This document shows positions 16,723 through 24,234 of a stretch of 24,234 nucleotides of DNA, in pieces. The first letter of the stretch is position 1, and each line of letters opens with the position of its first letter. The DNA lies in IMG/VR virus record IMGVR_UViG_3300037419_001005, positions 1 to 24,234 of that record; one strand, 5' to 3'. The position numbers and the translations under genes were made by a program. This DNA is from a virus. Lineage: Duplodnaviria > Caudoviricetes. The notes under the pieces are model-generated. The model did not search any database. It was given only the letters and a program-made list of their open reading frames with translations, and was not told the origin of the DNA.

Positions 16723-17130
16723 CTACTCGCTCTGAGCGCCGAAGATTGCGGCCTCAGCCGCGGTGAGGTTGCGAACGGCGCCAAGCTGCCGAAGCTCGTT
16801 CAGCTGCTCGATGCTGTCCGGCGTGAAGATGCGCTCCGCCGGCTTGCCGTTGATGCGGTTGAGCGCGAAGACCGGCACGAGTTCGGTCGCCTCGGCTGCG
16901 GGAGCTTCGTCTTCCGCGTCGGTGGCAGGCTCATCGTCGGTGACAGGATCAGCGGCTTCCTCGGACGGGCGTCCAGGGTTGCCCTCCACGAACTGACCTG
17001 TGGCATCGTCGTGGCCGTCGCCATCGGCATCGGCAACGGGAGCAGCGGTCAGGCTGTCGAATGAATCTTCGTCCGCCTTTGGAGCGGCTGCAGGAGCAGC
17101 GGCTGCCTGGTTACGCTTATTGCGGCTCAT
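16723..17130 (-). CDS. Acidic capsid-associated / packaging accessory protein (gpFI position)
   Basis: Immediately after the capsid gene; long acidic low-complexity N-part and a short folded C-terminal domain. Confidence 0.55.
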   Translation of the reverse strand: MSRNKRNQAAAAPAAAPKADEDSFDSLTAAPVADADGDGHDDATGQFVEGNPGRPSEEAADPVTDDEPATDAEDEAPAAEATELVPVFALNRINGKPAERIFTPDSIEQLNELRQLGAVRNLTAAEAAIFGAQSE

Positions 17131-17151
17131 AAAATCGGCCCTTCTTCTGTT

Positions 17152-17191
17152 TGGGAAAGATGGAGCGGCGGATCCGCAAACCCGCCGCTCC
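17152..17191 (-). terminator. GC-rich stem-loop after the major capsid gene, probably a leaky terminator or mRNA stabiliser
   Basis: GGAGCGGCGG (17162-17171) / CCGCCGCTCC (17182-17191), a perfect 10-bp stem followed on the minus strand by a weak ATCTTT tail. Confidence 0.7.
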
Positions 17192-17206
17192 GTTTCACGT
17201 CACCCG

Positions 17207-18289
17207 TTAGGCGATGACAGTCGCCTTGTAGGTAGCGTTCGGGTTGATCGGTACGAACAGCGGAGCCGATTCGACCGACAGGTTCTCGACCTTGACGCGC
17301 TCGCCGGTCTCGAAGTTCTTCGGGAACATCGGGATGGCCTGATACTGCGCATCCTTGTCGACGATCTGGCCGAAGCACTCGTAACCGTTGATCGCTTCCG
17401 GCGACGATTCGACGATGATCTCGTTGTTGCCGAGATACCGCGTCTGCGTGCCGTTGTCGGCGGTGTAGGTCTCGTTGTTGACCCACAGTTCGATGACGTG
17501 GCCGGAGGCACCGCCAATGAACAGTTCGCCGAACTTGAAGATTTTGTCGCTCGGCGCGATTCCGCGATCGACGGTGTGAACACCGCCGCGCTTGTTCACG
17601 TCGAGGTGATCCAAAATCTCCGCGTCCTTGCGCACGACGGTGGCGACGCCGCCGCCCATCGTGATGCGGGTCGGCAGGCCGCCGAAGTCCGCATCGACCA
17701 TGGTGTCCATGATCGTCTTGACGTGGTCGAGGATCGACACACCGGTGTCACCCCAATAGTTGCCCGAGGTGAGCGTTTCGGTGTGGCCGGCGTCGCGCTT
17801 GAAGTCGACGAGGACGGAAGCGCCGTCCTTGTAGACGCAAGTCACCTTGCCGTCGATGATCGCGCGGGCGCGCATCCACTCCCACCGGCGCTCGACCGCC
17901 AGCTGCATCTCGCGCAGCATCTGCGCCTTGATGAGCGACAGGCGCTGCATCGGCGACAGGCGCTGACGAACGTCGAGCATCGACGGATCGATACCCGGCT
18001 GCATGGTCAGCGGACGAAGCGGATCGACGGAGTCCTCGACGACGACGTTCGCCGGCTTGAACCGATAACCGTCGACCTTGTCGGTGAAGACGCCATGGCC
18101 GCGGCCGAGGGGCTTCACGAAGGGCGCCAGCTTGCGGCTGCGAACCGGCAGCTTCTCGAAGTCGATCCACTCGCTGTCGGAGAGCATCTGGTTCGGGAAG
18201 AGACGGCCGAAGTAGAACGTCTCCGGCTTGCTGTCGCGGAAGACGCCGAGGAGCTGGCGAGTCTGCCAAAGCTCGTACGGATTTGCCAT
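17207..18289 (-). CDS. Major capsid protein (lambda gpE family)
   Basis: 360 aa; KLAPFV, RRWEWM, VDF, ESAPLFVP; AGGAG RBS; follows the decoration gene. Confidence 0.95.
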   Translation of the reverse strand: MANPYELWQTRQLLGVFRDSKPETFYFGRLFPNQMLSDSEWIDFEKLPVRSRKLAPFVKPLGRGHGVFTDKVDGYRFKPANVVVEDSVDPLRPLTMQPGIDPSMLDVRQRLSPMQRLSLIKAQMLREMQLAVERRWEWMRARAIIDGKVTCVYKDGASVLVDFKRDAGHTETLTSGNYWGDTGVSILDHVKTIMDTMVDADFGGLPTRITMGGGVATVVRKDAEILDHLDVNKRGGVHTVDRGIAPSDKIFKFGELFIGGASGHVIELWVNNETYTADNGTQTRYLGNNEIIVESSPEAINGYECFGQIVDKDAQYQAIPMFPKNFETGERVKVENLSVESAPLFVPINPNATYKATVIA

Positions 18290-18316
18290 TTTCTTTTACT
18301 CCTGAGAGTTGAGGTC

Positions 18317-18341
18317 TGAACCTACGGTTGAAACGTAGGTT
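18317..18341. promoter_or_regulatory. Box-like site TGAAC-CTACG-GTTGA embedded in a hairpin upstream of the capsid gene
   Basis: AACCTACG-GTTGAAA-CGTAGGTT (18319-18341), 8-bp stem; shares ACGGTTGAAA with 882-891. Confidence 0.5.
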
Positions 18342-18810
18342 ACGACGCGTTGGCGCCGAGACGGCTGCGGAAGACGAGATCCGGATTGCCGACCACCAGC
18401 GGCCCTGCGGTTTTCTTCGCGAGGGTGTCGTAGGTGGCATCCCAGACCAGCGGGCTGTCAGAGCCGGTGTCGTCCGACCCGGCGTTGTAGCAGCCGCTGA
18501 GCGACACTTCGCCGTAGATGGTCGAGTTCGACGCGCCGGAGGTGGCTGCCTGCATGAGCACGCCGATCGGCTTCACGGCCAGCGACGGGTCGGCATCGTA
18601 CGTCGCCAGGGTCAGGTGACCGCTGGCGTCGACACCGACGACGCTGAACTGAGAAAGCGTCTTCGACGACGCGAGCAGGATGCGCACGGGCTGGCTGATG
18701 GCCGGCTCGGCGCCTGCGACGAGGTTGGAGTCGATATACGAGTCCAGCTGCTCGAATGCAGGAACGGCGCGCGCCCCGGCATTCTTGTAAGACGCATTGA
18801 TGTCCGTCAT
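18340..18810 (-). CDS. Head decoration protein (gpD-like)
   Basis: Between protease and capsid; PIGVL...SGCYN...LVW pattern. Confidence 0.8.
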   Translation of the reverse strand: MTDINASYKNAGARAVPAFEQLDSYIDSNLVAGAEPAISQPVRILLASSKTLSQFSVVGVDASGHLTLATYDADPSLAVKPIGVLMQAATSGASNSTIYGEVSLSGCYNAGSDDTGSDSPLVWDATYDTLAKKTAGPLVVGNPDLVFRSRLGANAS

Positions 18811-18840
18811 TGTTGCGTTCCTTGTTGCGAGAGGGAGAGC

Positions 18841-19272
18841 TTACTTCTTCTCGAAGCCCTTGATGCCGACCGACGCCGCAAGCGCGAGAACGTCGCTGCC
18901 GTCCTCCTTGGCTTCCGGCTCGTTGCCGCCGCCGCTGCCGCCGCCGACATCGGGGTTGCCCTTCGACATGGCACCGGAGAAACCGGTGTCACCCTTGGCT
19001 TCCTCCTCGTCGTCGGTCTGCGCCGGAGCCTCGACGGTCTCCTTCGCAGAGGCTGCGAGCATCGCCTTGGCCTCGTCGGGAGACATGGCCGTCTTCATCG
19101 CGATGTGCTGTGCAAGGGCCGGACGGTCCTTCGCCTCATCGCAGCCGAGAATCGCGGCAATGCGCTCACGCTCGGCGGTTGCGCCCTCGCTGCGTCCGGT
19201 CGTCTGACCTTCCGTTCGCGCGGCATCGACAGCGGCCTGATCGACCGCCGAAGTCTTGGCTTCCTCAGCCAT
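18841..19272 (-). CDS. Nested in-frame scaffolding protein (Nu3-like)
   Basis: Internal AAGGAG-N8-ATG at 19272 (MAEEAKT...AERERIAAILGCDEAKDR), the same arrangement as lambda C/Nu3. Confidence 0.75.
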   Translation of the reverse strand: MAEEAKTSAVDQAAVDAARTEGQTTGRSEGATAERERIAAILGCDEAKDRPALAQHIAMKTAMSPDEAKAMLAASAKETVEAPAQTDDEEEAKGDTGFSGAMSKGNPDVGGGSGGGNEPEAKEDGSDVLALAASVGIKGFEKK

Positions 19273-20166
19273 TGCTTCTTCTCCTTGGTTGTCGGACTGG
19301 TCGTCCAGGAAAGCCGCGAATGCGGCTACCGCATCGTCGAGCGAACCGATGGAATCGGCGAACCCAATCGATACTGCTTGCGTGGCGGTGTAGGTTAGCG
19401 CCTCGGTGTCCCGAACCGCCTGCTCCTCCATCGCACGGCCCCGTGCCACTGCTGACACGAAGACTGCGTAAAGCTCGTCGATGCGAGCCTGAATGCGGGC
19501 TTTGACATCGTCGGCGAGCGGTTCCGTATAGTTACCGTCGACCTTGTGCTTGCCCGCGTGAATGAACGTGATCTTGATGCCTGCTGCGTCGAGCGCCTTG
19601 GACAGGTCAATGTGGCTCGTAACCACGCCGACTGAGCCGACGCCGCCGGTGCGGCTGACTGCAATATGATCTGCCGCCATCGCCATCGCATAGGCTGCGG
19701 AGTAAGCTGCCTCGTGCGCAAAAGCGCGAACCGGCTTCGACTTGACGGCGAGCATCTTGTCCAGCGCATCGAAGCAGCCGGCGACCATGCCACCAGGGCT
19801 GTCGATCACCAGCGCAACCGCCTTCACGTTGGCGTCCGCCATGCCGCGCTCGAACGCCTTCTGAATGTAGATGTAACCCGTCGCCCATGATCCGAAGGCG
19901 TAAGGGAAGTTGTGCAGCAGCACGCCTTTTACAGGAATGTGCAAAATGCCGTCTTTGACCACGTACGGCCGCAGCATCGCGAGGAAGCTATTTGGGTCGA
20001 ATTGCCAGAAGTCTTCGTCGGTCTGCGCTTGCTCGGTCAACAATATGGTGGCGTGCTCGGAAGCAGCGACGGCTTCGAGGCACGCGCGGAATCGCTCGGT
20101 CTGCGTCGGCTCGATGAGAGCCGGCTCACCCGCGAAACGAGCCATGAGCGGATTCGTCATCGTCAT
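18841..20166 (-). CDS. Prohead protease, peptidase S49 (lambda gpC-like)
   Basis: ATG 20166 overlaps portal stop; IDSPGG, AYSAAY, GSVGV, AGKHK motifs. Confidence 0.92.
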   Translation of the reverse strand: MTMTNPLMARFAGEPALIEPTQTERFRACLEAVAASEHATILLTEQAQTDEDFWQFDPNSFLAMLRPYVVKDGILHIPVKGVLLHNFPYAFGSWATGYIYIQKAFERGMADANVKAVALVIDSPGGMVAGCFDALDKMLAVKSKPVRAFAHEAAYSAAYAMAMAADHIAVSRTGGVGSVGVVTSHIDLSKALDAAGIKITFIHAGKHKVDGNYTEPLADDVKARIQARIDELYAVFVSAVARGRAMEEQAVRDTEALTYTATQAVSIGFADSIGSLDDAVAAFAAFLDDQSDNQGEEAMAEEAKTSAVDQAAVDAARTEGQTTGRSEGATAERERIAAILGCDEAKDRPALAQHIAMKTAMSPDEAKAMLAASAKETVEAPAQTDDEEEAKGDTGFSGAMSKGNPDVGGGSGGGNEPEAKEDGSDVLALAASVGIKGFEKK

Positions 20167-21914
20167 TGCTTCGCCGCTTTCTTGTTCGTGTCTGAGGGCG
20201 TGTCGTCGGGGTTGTTGTCGTTCGACTGCGTGGCCGTTGGCGCCACTTTCGGTTCGAGACCGGGCAGCACGAGGCCGAGCGTCTTGCGCATCTCCTGCTC
20301 GCGCTGAATCTGGCGGAAGACCTTGCGCCAATCCTTGCCGAGCCGCGCGAGTTCGTCTTCTGCGGTGGACAGGCCGGCGTTGATCTTGGCGATCGCCGCT
20401 TCCGTTTCCTTCTGCTCGTCGATCTGGCCGCGCGACGCGCCGATCCACTCACAGCGCGAGATCGCATCGAAATTGAGGTTGAGACGGCCGAACCGGCTGC
20501 CGCTCTGCGGGCTGTAGAGCGAGGGCATACCGCGGCGCTTCACCGCCTCGATCTGGCCTGTGTTCATCGCCTCTTCGAGCCACAGGCGGTAGATATGCGA
20601 GGCGAACCGGTCGGCAATCGCCTTCTTGCGCGACTGCATGAACTTCCAGGTCTCGACCATCGCAGCGCGGGCAGAGGAATAATTCGTGTTGGTGTAGTCG
20701 CGTGCCAGTTGCTCGTAGCTGACGCCGAGCGCAGCCGCGATGTAACGCAGCAGCGACTGCTCGAACTCGGTGCCGAGCGGACCGTTGCTGCCGGGAGACA
20801 GCAGTTCGAGCTTTTCGCCGGGGTAGAGGCGCGGGATCTTGACGCCGTCGATCTGCAGACCCTTGCCGCTGCTGACATATTCGGCGACCGAGCCGAGGTA
20901 ACCTTGGCAGTAAGAGTCGATCGCCGCCTGCATCGCTTCGGGTGATGCGGTGCCTCCGCCTAGCGCAGCGAAGACCTCATTGGGCGGACGCTCCGACGTG
21001 ATCGCAGCGGCGTAGAGCGCCTGCGTCACGGCGTTCTGCACCTGGATGTCGCGGAACGTATGCGTGATCTTCATCGCCTTGAGGGCGCTCGCCATCTCGG
21101 TGATGCCGCGGGTCTGCTCGGGGCGCTGAGACTCGAACAGGTGAATGACCTGTATCCGGCCCCAAGGCTTGCGGATCGGAATCTCCTTCCACTGCGGAAG
21201 GCCGAAGGGCTGCGGACCATAGTCGGCCCAATGCTGCGTGCGGATCTGGTAGGCGATCGGCGCGCCGCGGCTGTTGAAACGGACGCCGGCACGAATGTTC
21301 GGGTCCATCATCGAAGATGGATCGTCCATCCGCGTGCAAAGGCGGTCGATCTCGACCATCTGAATGGCCGTCGAGAAGGGCGCGCCGTCATCGGTGATCC
21401 ACTCGGCCGTCGCGAGCACTTCGCCGCCGAGGAGATGAACGCCGACAGCGAGACGGATATGCGCCGTGAAATTGTTCAGCCGCGCCGCGTCGACCCAACA
21501 GTCAGGAGAATCGGAATAGAGTTCCCACTTCTCCTCGACTTCCTCCTGAAACGCTTCTTCCCAGGCGTCGTCCTGCTTACCGAACAGCACGCGCGACGAG
21601 GGGCGCGCGTTCAGCAGATAGTGCGCGCCGACGATGTTGTCCTTGTGCAGCTGCTGGCCGCCCTGGACGAACGCGTCGTTGCGCATCATGTCGCGGGCGC
21701 GGCCGTCGACCACCTGCTTCTCGGGCAGGATGTCAGCGTCGGCTGACTGCAGCGGCGACGACCAAAGTGCGATCACGCTGTTTTCGCGGTCAGCAGCTTC
21801 CATCGGCCCAAGCGCGAGATCGCTCCCTGCGACCGGTGGGACCGTGACCGGCGCAGGGAGCGCTGCACGCGCGGAAGGGGAACCGCCGCTGAGCAGTTCG
21901 TCAAATTCGCTCAT
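20163..21914 (-). CDS. Portal protein, lambda family
   Basis: RARDMMRND, RPEQTRG, GVSYEQLARDY...NYSSARA motifs. Confidence 0.95.
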   Translation of the reverse strand: MSEFDELLSGGSPSARAALPAPVTVPPVAGSDLALGPMEAADRENSVIALWSSPLQSADADILPEKQVVDGRARDMMRNDAFVQGGQQLHKDNIVGAHYLLNARPSSRVLFGKQDDAWEEAFQEEVEEKWELYSDSPDCWVDAARLNNFTAHIRLAVGVHLLGGEVLATAEWITDDGAPFSTAIQMVEIDRLCTRMDDPSSMMDPNIRAGVRFNSRGAPIAYQIRTQHWADYGPQPFGLPQWKEIPIRKPWGRIQVIHLFESQRPEQTRGITEMASALKAMKITHTFRDIQVQNAVTQALYAAAITSERPPNEVFAALGGGTASPEAMQAAIDSYCQGYLGSVAEYVSSGKGLQIDGVKIPRLYPGEKLELLSPGSNGPLGTEFEQSLLRYIAAALGVSYEQLARDYTNTNYSSARAAMVETWKFMQSRKKAIADRFASHIYRLWLEEAMNTGQIEAVKRRGMPSLYSPQSGSRFGRLNLNFDAISRCEWIGASRGQIDEQKETEAAIAKINAGLSTAEDELARLGKDWRKVFRQIQREQEMRKTLGLVLPGLEPKVAPTATQSNDNNPDDTPSDTNKKAAKQ

Positions 21915-22141
21915 AGGTAGAACGGCCTCAGAGGACCGCTTTCCGTACCAGCGATCTGATCCTTCAGAGATTGAATGTAGCGAGCGAGCTTGCCCGAGTT
22001 CGCCGCCGTGTAGCGCACCTGCTCGCCGTTCGCGTCGCGGAATTCCGCCACCGAAGCGCCGGTCATAAGTTTATGGAACGCCGCCTCCGCTTCATCGAGG
22101 CGCGTCTGCAGAACAGCGATCTCTTCGGCGGACAGGGGCAT
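21911..22141 (-). CDS. Head-tail adaptor gpW family
   Basis: 76 aa; AEAAFHKLMTG...V.YT....LARYIQSL; ends GPLRPFYL; directly upstream of portal. Confidence 0.9.
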   Translation of the reverse strand: MPLSAEEIAVLQTRLDEAEAAFHKLMTGASVAEFRDANGEQVRYTAANSGKLARYIQSLKDQIAGTESGPLRPFYL

Positions 22142-22173
22142 CCGCGCCTAAATCGCACGTAATGGTGGGTTAT

Positions 22174-22218
22174 GCAACCGTTTAGTGAATTCAGTCCAGC
22201 TTGTCAAGCGCAGGTTGA
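22174..22218 (-). promoter_or_regulatory. Candidate sigma70-type promoter for the head genes, overlapped by two palindromic boxes
   Basis: Minus strand TTGACA(22207-22202)-N17-TAAACG(22184-22179); boxes GCAAC-CGTTT-AGTGA (22174-22188) and TCAAG-CGCAG-GTTGA (22204-22218). Confidence 0.62.
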
Positions 22219-22227
22219 ACCGTTCAT

Positions 22228-23733
22228 TCAATGATAGAAAGGAGGCAGCAGCCGGTGGAAGCGCGTACGGCGGACACGCGAATGAACGCAGAGCTTTTCA
22301 AGCGCGGGAGGACTACGCAGCACCGGACTGCCGAGCACGGGGAAGCCCGCGGTGATGTCGAGAGGAACGAGCGGAATCGCTACATTCGGATCGGCCAGTG
22401 CAGGACTGCCGAGCGTCGGCACGCCCGAGTCAATGGAGAGGGGCGCCATGACGTGCAACTGACCCAAGGCGGGAGAACCTAGCACCGGAGCACCCGAGTC
22501 AATGGATTGCGCTGAGATCGCGTGGTTCTGCACGATGTCCGCGGATGAAAGAACCGGCGAGCCAGCGTCGATCGAAATCGGCAACAAGACATGCGCTTGA
22601 GAAAAGGACGGCGCGTCGAGCGTCGGGGTTCCAGCGTCCAGGGCGGGAGCGCCAAGCGCATTAGTCTGCGCGAACGACATCCCATCCAGCGTAGGGATTC
22701 CGGCATCGACGCCGAGCAGCACCAGATCAACCGTCACGACCGAGGAAAAGGACGGGGAGTCGAGTGTCGGTGCGCCGGCATCGATCGCTAGCGGAGAAAA
22801 GGAGTGCGTCTGGGACACGACTGCTGCATCGAGGAGCGGAGCGCCCGCCGATGTATCGGTTAACGATAGCGCGTGAACTTGAGCGAGCGTCGGTGAGGCG
22901 AGCGTCGGGGTTCCGGCGTCGACACCGGATCCACTGAGCGCGTGAATTGTCGAGAAGGCCGGCGTGTCGAGCGTCGGCGTTCCTGCGTCGATTCCGTTCA
23001 AGCTGAGCGGCGTTGTCGTGACAAGCGGCCGAATTGCGATGGTCACAGCCGACCATGAGCCGGTATTCGTCGATGTCGAACCGCCGAACGCTGCCGGGTC
23101 GAACGAGCCGGATGTCCAATCGGTCTTGAGTGCCAGGCCAATGTTGGCGTCGTTGGTGGTTGAAGTGATGGTCGCCGAGCGGAAATGGTTGGTGACCGTC
23201 GACATGCCGGTCGGATTGGTGAACACAGCCCCGGCAGCCACTGCGGCACCGGCGAAGACAGCAATCAACGCGCCTGGTGTAACAGGTGTGATCGCAGCAC
23301 CGTTGGCGATTCCGGTGTTGATTCCGCCGGTGGTGACGACAGCAACATCCTCGGGTGTCGTAGCGTCGGCACCGCGGACAACTAGAATGACGTATGCAAC
23401 TCCTGCCGTGGTGGCGTCCGATGCAGGGATGGCGACGCTGGTATCAGGCGTCGCCCCCATCTTCTTCCGGCTGACACGGAAGTTGCTGTCGTTGCTGTCG
23501 TTTTGGTAGTCGTGCGCGCCGAGACCGCTGTAGCCTGACGGAACTAGGACATCGGCACCGCCCGCACTGGTGCGATTGACCGTGCTCGCATTCTCGACTG
23601 CGACATAAACCCAATCGCCCGCCTGAAGCGTCGGGACCTGATTGTTGGAGTCCCGAAGGTTCGAGAAGGCGACACTCTGCGCGCTCGTCGCGGCATGGGT
23701 GCCGACATAAGTGCCGACAATGCTGATCGCCAC
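22228..23733 (-). CDS. Putative head/neck fibre protein: N-terminal beta domain plus ten ~23-aa repeats
   Basis: 501 aa, A/T/S/G-rich; repeat consensus LxxxxIDAGxPxLxxPxxxQxHx; basic C-terminal tail. Confidence 0.65.
   Translation of the reverse strand: MAISIVGTYVGTHAATSAQSVAFSNLRDSNNQVPTLQAGDWVYVAVENASTVNRTSAGGADVLVPSGYSGLGAHDYQNDSNDSNFRVSRKKMGATPDTSVAIPASDATTAGVAYVILVVRGADATTPEDVAVVTTGGINTGIANGAAITPVTPGALIAVFAGAAVAAGAVFTNPTGMSTVTNHFRSATITSTTNDANIGLALKTDWTSGSFDPAAFGGSTSTNTGSWSAVTIAIRPLVTTTPLSLNGIDAGTPTLDTPAFSTIHALSGSGVDAGTPTLASPTLAQVHALSLTDTSAGAPLLDAAVVSQTHSFSPLAIDAGAPTLDSPSFSSVVTVDLVLLGVDAGIPTLDGMSFAQTNALGAPALDAGTPTLDAPSFSQAHVLLPISIDAGSPVLSSADIVQNHAISAQSIDSGAPVLGSPALGQLHVMAPLSIDSGVPTLGSPALADPNVAIPLVPLDITAGFPVLGSPVLRSPPALEKLCVHSRVRRTRFHRLLPPFYH
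22312..23007 (-). repeat. Ten degenerate ~69-bp coding tandem repeats
   Basis: Units from LSLNGIDAGTPTLDTPAFSTIHA to LVPLDITAGFPVLGSPVLR, counted by eye. Confidence 0.85.
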
Positions 23734-23748
23734 GGCGGGATCGCTGCC

Positions 23749-24129
23749 TTATGCAGGCGACGGAATGCCGATGTCGATCGCGCCGGTGCTGAACTTGTTG
23801 CCGCTGGTCACCAACTGCGCAGCTGCCAGATCCCCTGCGGCAAGCAACCGCGTGCCGTCGATGATCGCATAATACTGCGCGTCGTCTGTGCTGCCGGTAG
23901 AGGTCGCGGTGATGTCGCCATCGGTGATCGCGGCCACGGTGACTTTCCGACCGGTCGGCGAGCGGTTCGCAGGAGCACCGATGCTCGGGCTGGCCTTGTT
24001 GCCGACTGAGTTGGAAATCGCCGCCGCACGCGTCGTCGGCGCGGTGTGACAGATATGGAGCACGGTCGACGTGGCATTCGTCAGCACATTCAACCCGCTG
24101 TCGAGAACGTCAGGATGGAGATAAGCCAT
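23749..24129 (-). CDS. Small virion structural protein (putative fibre subunit)
   Basis: ATG 24129 with GGGAG RBS; LHICxxxPTT...GRKVTVAAITDG...YAIID..RLLAAG.L...Q.VTSGNxF..GAIDIGIP, a pattern I recognise from phage structural modules. Confidence 0.7.
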   Translation of the reverse strand: MAYLHPDVLDSGLNVLTNATSTVLHICHTAPTTRAAAISNSVGNKASPSIGAPANRSPTGRKVTVAAITDGDITATSTGSTDDAQYYAIIDGTRLLAAGDLAAAQLVTSGNKFSTGAIDIGIPSPA

Positions 24130-24162
24130 TAGGGTGAACTCCCTTGCAAGGAAGAGTCGCAA

Positions 24163-24202
24163 GGATTACACTAATCGGTTGGCGGCGTCATCACAAAGTT
24201 GA
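24163..24202 (-). promoter_or_regulatory. Two palindromic boxes over a candidate promoter for the fibre gene pair
   Basis: ACACT-AATCG-GTTGG (24168-24182) and TCATC-ACAAA-GTTGA (24188-24202); minus strand ATGACG(24191-24186)-N17-TAATCC(24168-24163). Confidence 0.5.
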
Positions 24203-24234
24203 TTTTCAACCTAAAGCAAGGTGTCGCCGATGTC

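Noticed and set aside
17000-19398. Long plus-strand ORFs (439 aa, 356 aa) and many similar antisense ORFs elsewhere
   Set aside because: Shadow frames of GC-rich minus-strand genes, with no motifs or RBS.
20167-20448. N-terminal extension of the protease ORF (similarly 16349-16615, 5823-5993, 6426-6686, 24130-24162, 15119-15127)
   Set aside because: These overlap neighbouring genes or regulatory gaps; downstream starts have an RBS, an ATGA overlap or a family-typical N-terminus.
22153-22179. dif-like sequence TCGCACGTAA-TGGTGGG-TTATGCAACC, tempting given the FtsK-gamma gene
   Set aside because: Spacer is 7 nt rather than the 6 nt of chromosomal dif, the arms match only partly, it overlaps a box and promoter that explain the sequence, and recombination here would split the head genes from their promoter. 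A comparison with the host dif would settle it.
22312-23007. Repeats as a CRISPR array or DGR template
   Set aside because: Units are in-frame, degenerate at synonymous positions and lack unique spacers; no cas or reverse transcriptase gene is in the window.
927-24129. Gene transfer agent or tailocin
   Set aside because: Lambda-type portal, S49 protease and gpE capsid plus a 1383-aa tape measure do not fit RcGTA (HK97-type head, short tape measure), and head genes rule out a tailocin.
1-24234. tRNA, rRNA, IS elements, integrase, fibre invertase
   Set aside because: None recognisable; intergenic gaps are short and no recombinase or transposase motifs were seen, so prophage versus free phage cannot be decided.

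Overview
The window is the virion-morphogenesis and start of the lysis region of a GC-rich, long-tailed phage or prophage, encoded almost entirely on the minus strand. It has a lambda-type head module and a tail module resembling Chi/Nazgul-like (Casjensviridae-type) siphophages; an alphaproteobacterial host is my inference. In reading order: small fibre-type subunit, repeat-containing fibre, gpW, portal, S49 protease with nested scaffold, head decoration, major capsid, four head/neck/tail-completion genes, major tail protein, tail chaperone with a -1 frameshift (GGGAAAA), tape measure with an internal lysozyme domain, distal tail, DUF2163/BR0599 tip protein, two small tip proteins, central tip protein, tail fibre, holin and a truncated DUF3380 endolysin. 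A four-gene plus-strand cassette interrupts the tail-tip genes and includes a sulfotransferase-like protein and a stand-alone FtsK-gamma domain fused to a Zn ribbon. The main unexplained signal is a 15-bp palindromic box (about TCAMY-N5-RKTGA) seen ten times in or at the edge of intergenic gaps, overlapping candidate promoters and bracketing the accessory genes. All protein calls come from motif recognition and gene order, not from database searches.
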